Shown here piece after piece: positions 48,338 to 60,800 of a DNA stretch of 64,000 nt (position 1 is the stretch's first letter; the number at the start of each line of letters is the position of its first letter). The stretch comes from Phoronis australis. Lineage: Eukaryota; Animalia; Phoronida. The stretch lies in contig NMRA01000647.1 of NCBI GenBank assembly GCA_002633005.1, positions 23,711 to 87,710 of the forward strand, written 5' to 3'. Made by a program: the position numbers and the translations under genes. The notes under the pieces were generated by a model. The model ran no database searches, was not told the origin of the DNA, and saw only the letters and a list, made by a program, of their open reading frames with translations.

Positions 48338-51300
48338 AATTAGTCGCTTATCTATGTTCTCTTTCGACGATTAACCTTTTATCAATGTTCGTACGTGTAG
48401 CTAAGGCAGTGATAGACAAGTATCTGTTAACTGAAGGTGACTCTGCAATTTTGTGTGTGAGCGAAACATTGCTAGTGACGGAAACGTGATAGAAGTTCGC
48501 ACTCAAGCTGAAACCTGACCTTCGCAAACACCGCCAATGAAATGTTTGACAACAAAGATTGAATACACCACCGTCTTATAGCAACTACCGGACTAACGAC
48601 CTTGGATAAAACCGGCCCAAAGATCACATCACGGGCATGAACCGACGTCTTCCGATAAATTAAAGCATTCAGGACTCACAAAACATTGGAATTACGGTAC
48701 ACTCAACAATCCTTTTCACACGCTGCACAGAAGCTCAATTTCGCAATGCCCTGTAGTGTAGACATGACGAAAACACTGGATTAGAGGAAATTATCACTAT
48801 TCATGGGCATCTTTTGTCCACTTAGCATAATATATACAGTTTTGAAAACTGTAAATGAAAGAATATCATTTGCTGACTTTAAGATCGTGATGGTATCTTT
48901 AAGACTACCTCACAACACGGCATGCTTAGTACACCAATCAATGTAACGGGGAAAACTGTGAAACACTGTTATAGAAGCCTTACTGGTATCTCGGAAAGGT
49001 CCTCCACCAATATAAAGCCTTCATGGTCTCTTTGGGAAACAAGACTCGAAAAATCCCCAACGATGACTCTTTAGGAAGCATTTGTGTCTGGGACACCTAA
49101 AAAAACGTAAAATGCCAACATTTCTCAACGCTTGGTCTTGAAAAGGCAATCCGGGATTGGCTACTCAAACCCACAAGGGGTAATAAAACTATTATGTTCT
49201 GAGCCTGGATCAAGCCCTTTATTAAGCTGTGTATGCTTACACAGGCCAAATGAGATAGTTGTATGACTAAGACCAGGGTTCACAAAGAACTAATTTCACT
49301 GATCTTGCATGTCAATTTCAAAAGGCCTATTGTGGGTGAACAGCAGCCAAGATTTGCAACCAACAGAGAAATTCTAAAACACCACGAGGAATAGTTATCC
49401 CCTCCAAGCTCAAAATGGGATATTCAAAATAGTTCAAGATGAGCAGTTGGCAACAGAAGCCAGCCAACTGTTGTAGCCCAACTGAGAACAGCGAAACCTT
49501 CCTCTTGCAACATACCCAAAAAACCTATGACTGACGGAGCAATAGACAGCAATACTAGTTTTCAAAAGATCCCACCATATTCCAAATGACATGAAAGTTT
49601 TTTGGATGCAAAGTTACCTTGATAGAGCAAAGGTATCCAAAAGAGTCCGCTGGTAACAAATACTAGCACTCCCGAACATCTTGACAAACAAGTACATCAG
49701 ACACAACTCAATTATACCAACTAGTCTGCAAACTGATGCATATTCTCGGAATGATAACACCATATACATACACAAAACCTGGAGAACACTTTCCAATATG
49801 ACAGAACCAGATACATTCTTTTCATCCATGATTTATGAAAAACACAATCTCCAGTTGCCTTAAAATTTCATTTGCCTTAAATCTAGGTTCAAAACTGTCA
49901 AAAATAGCCATGGATTTTGGTACAGCTCAGTATGACAACCACCACTTTTTCAAATGCAACAAAACAGGCAATACAATTGCCAACTGCTTCTGAAACAACA
50001 TCTAAATTTTTTTTTTCACTACAATCCAATACAAAACACAGTTGATTTAGGACTATGACTGCATGTGACTGACATATTCAATTCTTACCAGTTGAAATTC
50101 TTTATATGTGCAGTGAATGAGTGTACACAAGCCCTGAAATTCTGTGTGTAACATAATTCAACAGTCACCTTTCCCTGAGTAAACTAAGTCCTGAATAAAA
50201 GCCTAGATTAAAAGAGATATTCATCAGAAAATCAACAACTAACAAATTGGTGCCAAACAATAGCCTAAAACACATTCATACACACATAATCATCCGCCAT
50301 GTAGTTGGTACAATCCTTCAAAGAGCATTTCTGGTCCTTTTAAGGCAAAGTATTTAAATGACAAATATGAGTTAAAATGAACCTGACGTCATTAAACTGA
50401 AGTCCTGTCATTTATCATCTTCATCTTGATTCGTGCTTCATAAAAAGACAGCTCCCTGATGACACGGCAATTAACATTTAAACTACTATTTGACATACGG
50501 TATACCTGCATGTAACAATGCAGTGAAATGGAACGATTTCAGTAAAATAATCCAATAGTTACAGTGAAAATTCTCCAGTTTGGGGTAGTCGCTAAAATTT
50601 GGGATACCAAAATTCAAGCCAAATTGAAATGTTCTGAATTCAGAAGATTAAGACAAGGAACGTCTTTGGGTTTCATTACACTTCTCAAAACATTGCATTT
50701 TGAATCAATAGAGTCAGGAAATAGACTTGGCAGTTATTGAAATCATCCAAAATGGCCAACCATGCAACACTCTTATGCTTCCTCACAGAGTATCACATCG
50801 AGTTGAATATTATTTTGTTGCTGACCATAATCATTCTATTGGACTGGCCAACAACGCCTGTTTCCAAAATTTGGTACAAGCTCTGACATTCAGCAAACAA
50901 TTAATTGTTCAGTCCCAAACTGGAGAAGTTTCCCTATAACACGAACACATAATAACCTGCATAGACAGGTGTGCCTATGTCTACAGACTTTCATACACTG
51001 AATGAAATACACCTAACACAGGAAAGTTTAAAAAAAATAACAAAACCTCTTGATGCGAGAAAATCGTTAAAATTGTTTCAAATAAACCCACCTAAACAAC
51101 TAAGTAAAATACACTTACATTGAATTTCCTTCACGATTTTTGCAACAACGTCCACAAAATAATTTTGAAAAGAAATCATTTGGTAAACTGCTGTACACAC
51201 ACGCGCGCGCACCCACAAAAACACACACACACGCAAATAGGTATCTTTACATACACGCTCACGAACACGGTGGTACAGTACTGACTTGGTCAAACACATT

Positions 51301-51703
51301 CAGCTTTAGCTCTTGAGTATCATCAACTATATAAATTAATTTTCTCCTAATTCCATTAACACACAACCAAGTAATAAGACAACCACACGATAAAGTGGTC
51401 TCATGAACAGAAGTTAAAAGCATTAATGCTTTAATCTTAGTTGAAATGCAAACATCAGGTAGACAATAGTCTCGTCTGACCTCACTTCAGTTATGGCACT
51501 GACCAATCATAATTAAGCAGCCAAGGTCATCCAGGTTACCCACTGTCATTCCAACTAACTAGGTCTCAAGATGAGACCCAAAGCTAGTGGATTCAAGAAA
51601 TTTCATGACTCAAAAAGGTAACTGTACAATAATCATCCAGGTTTTTTGACATTTTCTTATGCAGCAAACACGGCATTGCAGTTTTTGAAGTCTTTCTCTA
51701 TCC

Positions 51704-51755
51704 TACTAAGTCCCTCCTCCTACTAAGCCCCTCCTCCTACTAAGCCCCTCCTCCT
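51704..51755. repeat. 17-bp tandem repeat x3 in the V-ATPase 3' UTR
   Basis: tactaagcccctcctcc units. Confidence 0.85.
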
Positions 51756-51774
51756 ATGGACACAAATGCTTGCA

Positions 51775-51871
51775 CTACTCTTTGAGCTCTGCCTTGCGAA
51801 GGAATTTCTTGAAGCTGTATGGCTCAAACTTGCAGCCCTCGCCAACGTAAAACTTGTTCTGGAACTCCACC
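51775..51871 (-). CDS. ATP6V0A: V-ATPase a terminal exon
   Basis: [22 protein letters not shown]. Confidence 0.95.
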
Positions 51872-54800
51872 CTGTGAACACAACATAAGGGCTAGATAAA
51901 GATGAAGTAAACTAGCCTTGCAAAAAACATGGTAAGACAGAGAAAAAGACGAAAACACACCCTGCGAACACAATGTTAGGCAGAGTTAAGGATTGAAACA
52001 CAAATAGAAAGTGACATACGTCAACAATTAGAAGAATCAATACTACCACATAAGAACACTCAAAAATATGCAACATTGCCTACTCCATCAATTCTTATTT
52101 CTTTCACGATTGTGTGCATCTTTCCCCGAAAGTTTCATAACAGTCCACCAACAAATGGTTTTAGACTGTTGTTAGTGATTGCACCCAATGATAGGCATAC
52201 CTTCAAAATTTATTTTGTACAAAATAAATGGAAATGCAGTTCTACAAAACTTGGCAGTGAAAGAGTTAAAATACTCTAACTACTAAACGAAAAATAAGAA
52301 GAATAAGCAATTTGAGAGACAAAATCTTTGGGTATGTAATCCCTGCTATGACTCTAGTCACTAACTGACCAGTGGAGACGTAGGGCATGCAAGAATGCAG
52401 ACAGGCCCTCCATGAGCACCAGAATGGCCACTGTGAGGAACGCCCAGGGCGCAAAGACAACGGCCAGGAGGGGACCACCAGTCCAGCCACCCGCGGACAG
52501 GCCTATCTTGAGCACCATATTCCAGAGCACTTCAGATAACTCTGGAAAAGATATCAAGCACCTTGAAAGAGTGTGTGTGTGTATACAGTACATAACAGTA
52601 CATGCAAAAATAATCTAAACAAATTCCTGTCCTGAAAAGCATCATAGCAGGACAAACCTGACCTTCATTTGAAATCCTTTCGTCAGATTATTTTTGACGT
52701 GTACTGTGCAACTACGGAAAAAAGATCCAGAGAAAGTTAGAACCGACGTACATTTCAAAACTATAAGAATTTTAATGTTTAACCTGCAGCGCCACCTGGT
52801 ATGATGAATGCAAAAAACAAACAAGTGCACTGAGAATGTCTAAAGACATAAGAAATGATTTCTGAGCACTGTTTTCCAAAATACTGTTATGGTTTTCTTT
52901 TAATGTTCCACCTTTTTATGAAGGGCTATGACTTTATTTAATGATTAAAAATTAAAAACAAAACAAAAACAAATCATTCTCTAAAAACCCATAACAATGT
53001 TTTTGAGATTTCATCTTGAACATTCATATTAAACAAAATTTTGACAATATTGACACACGTGTTTTGATATGGATGTACTTCAGTTTCCTATTTGCTAAAA
53101 AGACTTGGTCATGTGGGGCAATTAATGCCAGATTGACAAAACTTATAAATAAATTCTACATGCTTTCTCACTTTCAGAAAATATACATAACATTTATTGA
53201 GAAAGCAAAAATTATTCTACAAGAAGGAACTATTACTAGCAACAGGAATGGCCTTTGGTTAAAAAAGTTCCGTCACTTTATTTCACTAAAACGTGATTTT
53301 ACAAACAAAGGTAAAATTCGAGAACATTTCCAATCTGAGCCAAACACGTGTCAGTTGAAAGTTACTCACGTGTATGCGCCAGGCTTAACGCCCACAGTCG
53401 TAGATAGCTCGCTGTATTAGATATGCAACCGAGACAGTACTCTATGGTTAGGATACCCTGATGGACTACGATGTCACCCACTCCATGACCCTCCTCTGGC
53501 TACAACATAAGAAAGTGAATAAACCTTCAGCAGGAAGGAAAGCACGGTGGAAGACTGTCCCATTTCCTTTGGCATCTTGGTATTAGCCACTTACAGCGCA
53601 GCGGAATTTCACCTGATTGCAAGACCTCTTCTGGTGTTTCACCAACAGAGCAATAGACATCATGCAAGATTATTCAACCCTTTTCTGGTAATTTGCATCA
53701 ACAGGTGGCTTGAAACAGAGGGGCAAAACCACAATTATTATACTTTCCCTTGAGAAATAGGTCACTGGCAAATAGGTCACTGGCAAATCTGGGATATCAT
53801 AAGGAAAGACACTCACACAATCATTTTAAAGGAAATTAAAGCATTCGCGAGAACTCCAAAAGTGCTCATCTTTATTTTTGTTCTCATTCAGGGATGGTGG
53901 AGAAGGTAACTTAATTGTGATCACCTAAATTCGCCGATGTAAGAGCCCAGACACAAAAAACACTTTACATAAGGGTGCTATGTTTACTCGCAATTGACCA
54001 GAGAAATTTGTTTCCACAGAATCAAGCCAGTATGCTGTGGCAAAAAAAATATCAGTGAGTGTTCAACCTCCAACTTTGTAAGGAAGTGTTCTAATGGTGG
54101 GCGAGGCACCAAAAGCATGAATTATCGAGTATAACAAAGACTGAATAACAACAATAATAATTATAATAACATTAACAACAAAAACTTAAAATTAGTTATC
54201 TTGTTAAACGCTCTTTTAGCTCTTCCAAAATTAAAGGCTTGGCCCTTCAACGATGGTTAAAACTTTCACAGTCAGAAATAAAGGAGATGTTATAACTGTG
54301 ACAACTCATACATTGAAATCTCAAGCGCTACACGAAAGTTTGTTGTTCAATATACATACCTGTTTACCACTCCTCTTGAGCTGGACAATGAGTATGATAG
54401 GCTTGGGTATCAACATCCAGGGTACACAGACTAGGGCCCCAATCACTAAGACTGTCTGGACAGTTTCCTGAAGAACAACATCGATTAAAAGCCAATACTG
54501 ATCTGTGCCATGGAACCACCACAAACACGGGCACTAATGCATCGGCTAATAAATTATCCTATAAATGCCTTTCCACTCTTTGATCACTTAATCGCCAAGA
54601 TATCATTTTCACCCAGTAACCTCTGATGAAAAAGACAGCGTTTCGTCATGAGCTGTGATATGTTACAAAATCCTAACAATTTGCCCAAACTACCAATCAA
54701 AGAAAGTCATGCAAAATCACACGTTTGAGACATTTCCGAGGGTATCCTTAAAATGGCAGCCACTGAAGTGACGTCCTGCTTGCCCACTGAACGAAACTCA

Positions 54801-57800
54801 TAAGAATGCTGTATCTAATATTTTACGATGGCTATTCTATTTGGTACTTACTTGATATGGATAAAGAGGAAACTGGTTACAGTTGGTGAAGGGGTCACTG
54901 GGGTCAGCGTACCTGAACATGAACATGTCGATGAGAGCTGAAACAACAGAAGACCAACTTACATCTAGAAAGAAAACAAGTTGTAATTGCTCAAGCAAGC
55001 ATACTGGTGGTAAATGGAGACCAACAGAACACATTTTCTTGAATCTTGGACACTGAGAATCACTGCACAATTCTGAAAAACCGACTTAAAATTTTTCTAA
55101 CAATTAACTTTAATAAGAGAGATAATTATAATAATTATCGATGACTAAAAATGGCAATGCTTGTAGTTCATCAAATGGCTTCTCGTGTTTGCACAGACGG
55201 TAGAAATTACTCTATTGTGAATCTGTCCTGGAGTTTCTTGAATTCATTTCAAGCAAACAGGTATTAATTAATGACACTTAAACATTCGACCCATTATTCA
55301 AAAAACTTGTTGACACAAAGGAACCTCATTCTGTATTGTGAACAACACTTTGTATGTGAAAAGAACGTGACCCATTTAGAACCTCGTTCCAAAAATCTCT
55401 GGAGCAGAACTAAAACCGGTACAATTAAAGCACTATGAGTTTCATTCACATCTAGCAACAGACAGTAGCAAAGACTGATGTAAGACATTAGGGCACTTGC
55501 ACCAATTTACAATCTTAGACCACGGACACAAAAAGAGCCAAGAACAAGACGTGGAAATTTCACAATTTAGATGGGGCTCTTTTCTGAAAGCTTTTCTAAG
55601 ATTACAAATAGGCAGTGCATTTTGTCTCCAATCTTTGAATGTTCACTGAAACTACCGAAAAATCAAACTTAAGTCCTTTTGTTGGCATAAGCCACAGTAT
55701 TTTTTCAACTATTTAGGACATAATATGGTCCAAAGTGAGATTTTTTTGTCCACTGAAAGGGAAATAAAGAGTTCTAAGTAATTGTCAACTTTGCATTTTG
55801 TTGTAAAGTCATAAGACAATATTTGGCAAATTTTCCATTATTTTTAGCAAAGTAATCATAAAGCTTTTGAAAAACTGCAAAATGATAATTGTGGCAATAA
55901 TTTTTTTAGCAAAAAAGGTGAAGAACTAACCGTAATCATGCTTATACCACTTCCCAACAGAGGTCACTCAATACTCACCAAGGAGCAGGCTAGGTGAACA
56001 ACTGGTGTTTTCAAAGTGTATTATCCACTTGAAGAAGATGAGACCAGTTAGGTAACCAAAAAGGAAGACAAGGAAGAGAACTTGGGGAATGAACTCAAAA
56101 AGGATGTCCACCTTCCGATTAAAATGGCTGGAAAACAAAGACGGCCCATTCTAGATTTTCGCGATTTGTCTTATACATGCAGACAAGGGATAAAATGTAT
56201 GTGTTTCCATTTTTTCTGTTATCAAGCTCTTGCTAGTTACTCAAACTCTATACATGGCTTTCAAAATTGTAGAATGTCAAATTCGTATGTCACCCATTCC
56301 GACCTGTGGAATTATTAGCTGGTCGTAGCAATATCTCATTAACTGCATTACTACAGTCAGCAATAATCAATCTTGCACAAAAAAAATCCTTCCCATTGCT
56401 CAATAATTCAGGCACAAAGGACACCAAAGCTTGGGAAAGTATAATGCAGTTCGTTCAACGTATGAAGAGACATCTGCCTATTTCTACCAAAAACGATAAC
56501 TGAAAAGCCCTTTTGAGTTACAATAATTTTTGAGACCCATCTCAAAATTCTTTAATTCTTCATTACTTGGGAAGACACCTTAACAGCAAAAAACAACATT
56601 GAAATGAAATATTTTGAGCTAAGCAAAGCTGTGCAATAGAATTCACAACACAAGCTACGCGTAGAATTGTGGCGGTAAAAGTCACATATATCGTGCCCAT
56701 ATTTTGAGAACCAGTTTCCTCCATTGAATAATGGGCATCAAACTGGTTCTCAAAATGTGAACACGTTAGATACGACTATTGCCCATTGTCAAACACAGGC
56801 AAAAACTTACACATGATTAAAGCAACCCAAAATAACACCAAACAACATGTGTAGAACACCATACGTCACTGAGACCTTCATCTTGTACGAGTTAAGAAAC
56901 ATCATCTTGTTTCTACCCAACTGCCAAATCTGTAAAACCAAGGCATCACAAAAAGAAATGTAATAGACATGTAATAAAAAATTGCATAATTTATTTCTTC
57001 CTGGGAACTCTAAGATCACGATTAGCAAGTCCAAATAAGTGAAGTTAAAATATCACATTTTCACTGTTCAAGTGCGCAGTAAAAATGCGCAAGGGATGCG
57101 TTTCATGAAAAGTGACTTAAAGACTTAATTTATGAACTTGGCCTCAAGCTTCCACTTCAACTATTTCTGAAAATAATTAAATCTCTCTTGAGCAACAATG
57201 CAAAGTCTGAGAACACCCACATAACTGCTAGCTACTGCTCTGAGAACACCCACAAAACTGCTAGCTACTGCTCTGAGAACACCCACAAAACTGCTAGCTA
57301 CTGCTCTGAGAACACCCACATAACTGCTAGCTACTGCTCTGAGAACACACACATAACTGCTAGCTACTGCTCTGAGAACACACACATAACTGCTAGCTAC
57401 TGCTCACAGATTATTTGGATACAATATCTTTAAACTGTGAAACATTTATGATTACTTGGTTAACACTTTTGATCAACTGATTTTCAAGCCTAAGTCACTT
57501 TCTATGAAACAAACCCAGGGCTTGTGTTCAAAAAAGAAGGCAATACTACTACAAACAGTATATCATATAACAGAAAGAAAAATTTTTGCTAATTCAAATT
57601 CAAAGTTGAGTAGATGGAAATCCTGCACCTATGAAAATGTTTTGTCTTTCACAGTCTCATTTTATCTCACGATGTCTAAACTGTGAATTAAAATACAACA
57701 ACGTCCACGAGATATTACACCCGTGACCCCAAAGTGAGTAGAAGGCACTGTTTAACTCACATCTTTCAATGAAAGGAATACGGGCTTACATAAAGAGAGG

Positions 57801-60800
57801 CTTATTTGCAGGCTTTCCCTGGTATAACCTAGTAGAGCCTAACTACAAGAATACGAATGATATAAAACCTGATCACGCCACAGGATGTACTTTTTAGTAA
57901 ATAAGACATCACCTAATCCAGATCTAGTTCAAAACAAACTGAAAACCAGACAGAGATGACGGCAATATGCGACCACATATAAATATGTGGGCGCATAATC
58001 TTATAAATTTCCAAAGCACCATTTCCATCTTTCACAAGACCATCATTAGAAAGGTTCATGCATTGAGCAAAAGTTGACAAATTGGTTCAGTTAAAACCAA
58101 ACCAGCACATATGAGAATATTTCAATACAAAGCCCTACACAGACAGTAGATATCTAGTATTTCATGACAAAGCCCTGTACAGCCAGCAGATATTAGTTAG
58201 TATTTCAAGACAAAACCTTGCACAGTCTGCAGTCACTATCTACTTACTGGATCTACACCAAGTTCGTATGGAGTGTCACGCTCAAAATTATCTGTAGGAT
58301 TCATCTGTAGATGAGGTGTGTTTTCTAACAGTTCTTGGCTGAAATAGGAATCATACAATTTGACATTTTGACAGTCACGGTGATGTTGGTTGATGAGCTG
58401 ATGATGACCATTAAGATGATCATGATGATGACGATGACGATGATGACAACGATGATGATGACGATGATGACAATGATGATGAAAGATACGACGATGGAGA
58501 ATAAGATTATAACAGTGAAGTGGAAAGAGACGCAGTCTTAATGAGTCTTCAAAGCCTAGTGACGAGTGCGACCATGGAGATTTATTAGGAATTTAATATG
58601 AATCAATTTTCACTGTTCGATATTAAAAAATACAGTAACAGTGTCTCTGGATATCAAGGTGTTTTATTTTGGAAAGGTAAAAAGCGTTTGCTTGTCAATC
58701 AAGTGATCGGAAACCAGAGTTCTATCTTAAAAGTGCCACACTCAATTTAGATAAAAGTGACTTGGCATAACACTCTAAATTTAGTAAGAACTTTAATATT
58801 CTGAATAAACCTGACTCAAACGCTAGCCTGTGAATCATGGCCAGAGTATGCCAAATAAAGAAATAGAAGTTGTCATTAATAAATAATTTAAGTATTAAGT
58901 TGATCCGCATTAATTACTAAGTTATACTGTCAACAATGAGACACACTAGGCCGCCCTTTAACTATTTTACGTTTCCTCTCCTCCCTACATTCTGTCCTCT
59001 GAGATGGATGGGTAAATACTTGTTTTATTTCCACTTCATATTGTCAGAAATATTAAATGTTTTTCACAACACGATAGTTCATTTTTACGTGTAAAGAACA
59101 ATTTGTTGCCTTATTGTAAATAAAACATTTTGAGTCACGTACAAATGTGATGGTCAGAGGAGTGAGGAGAACGTTAATTTCAAGTTACGACCTGTCCAAA
59201 TTTCAGCAGTCATGAAAAAGATGTCACCACTCTTTACGGGCAGATCTATTCATGTGGAAGCCCATGGCATAATGTTCAAACTTTTGGAGCAACGTCATTT
59301 ACCTGTAGTTGGAATGCCACTTGGTTTGACATAGATTAATTGATTTGGAAAACCAATCATTGTAGATGAGACCAGTGTATATTGAGAAGAGGCCCATGAG
59401 CAGAATGATGTAGCGACCAGCAAAGAACATGTTCCATATCTAAACACATAAATAATTATTTATGGAGAGACCCGTGTAACATTCAACTGTTCAATTAAAC
59501 GAGACAATATGCTTACAGTAAATTGTCACCAATAGAGGGCACAATATACGTGACAAGGGCAGTGTTATTTTCTCATTTTTTCCCATGGAAGGATTGCAGC
59601 ATTATATTCAGGCGTTCCCAAGTTAAAGTTCCATACAATGTCTATCATCAGAAAATATTTTGAAAAATTGTGGGCATCCACAGCATTGTCGGAAGCATTT
59701 GAAACAAGATAAACAGGCAATTAAGAAATTATTTTGTTCTGTGAGATATTACAATATTACAGTATTAGCTATTACAATATACAGACACTAACAGCAAGAC
59801 CTTTGCTCACTAAAACAACAGCTGTAAACATAGAACAGAAAAGTAGGGTCAAAGTTTCCAGGAAAAAAATAAAAGTTACCATAACCATGCGGTTGTGCCT
59901 GCAGGGAGGACACAAATTTTAAAAGTGATAAAACTCGAGAACAGCAAGGAAATACTTCAATCTCAACTACACTCAAAAGCAGGTCATTCATCCCCCAAAT
60001 AGAGACATGTGCTCTTACCTCATTGGAGCTGTTCTGTTCCATAATAGACTTTTCTTTTATCACCATGGCGACAGCGAATACAAACATAATGATGCCATGA
60101 CCACAGTCGCCAAACATGACCGCAAACAGGAAGGGGAACGAAATGATGAGGAATGGGGTGGGGTTCACTTCACCGTAATTGGGCACTCCATAGGCATCGA
60201 CGATCGACTGGAAGCCCTTTGTGAACTTATTGGTCGGATTGTAAGTGGGCGGAGTCTCCTGTGTTTCCACAATGTTCAGAATGGACGGGATGTCAGTGCC
60301 ACTAAGGTCCTACAGCAAAAAAATGGAACAGTTTTATCAACCAATGGCAGAATTTTCAGTTTTTAACGATCACAGCTTAGAGCAGGTGAACATCAATGAC
60401 TGTGTTTTGATCAGTAGGAAGTACATATATCAGCACCTTGAAACTTCAAGAGACACAAAATTACGTCAGTTGGTTACAATACCCTATATTTCACAGAATA
60501 TCACAGACCAATTATTAATTACATCAAATTAAAATGAAAACAAATTGTAAATTATGCTGTTTTTTTAGAATACAGTACTTTGGTAATGTTGTCTGGTCCC
60601 CCGTTTCTGACTCTAACTCGCTAAATGGTTAAAATCAACATTTATAAGTCAGTGCAAAAGGACTAAATTAAATCCAAGTTTTATTATTTTTACCCAGCTA
60701 AACAAGGCAAAATGCAGCTTTAAGAGCAGCCCAGCAGATGGTGATCATCCAACAGGGCCGCCGCCAGCCTGCACAGATGGTAATCATCCAACAGGGCCGC

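Noticed and set aside
47360-48489. Duplicated ORF MENGQLISGAKY
   Set aside because: Gap-flanking duplicate; no recognisable protein motif
53595-53710. Candidate V-ATPase loop exon ending in gtaagt
   Set aside because: No acceptor giving an open phase 0-0 frame was found
56701-56756. 17-bp-stem hairpin as a miRNA or other ncRNA
   Set aside because: More simply a collapsed MITE remnant; no family signature
57161-57433. Repeat-protein ORFs or a CRISPR-like array
   Set aside because: Head-to-tail 33-bp minisatellite with no unique spacers, in a eukaryotic intron
58335-58541. Met/Thr-rich ORF
   Set aside because: Translation of a GAT/GAC microsatellite
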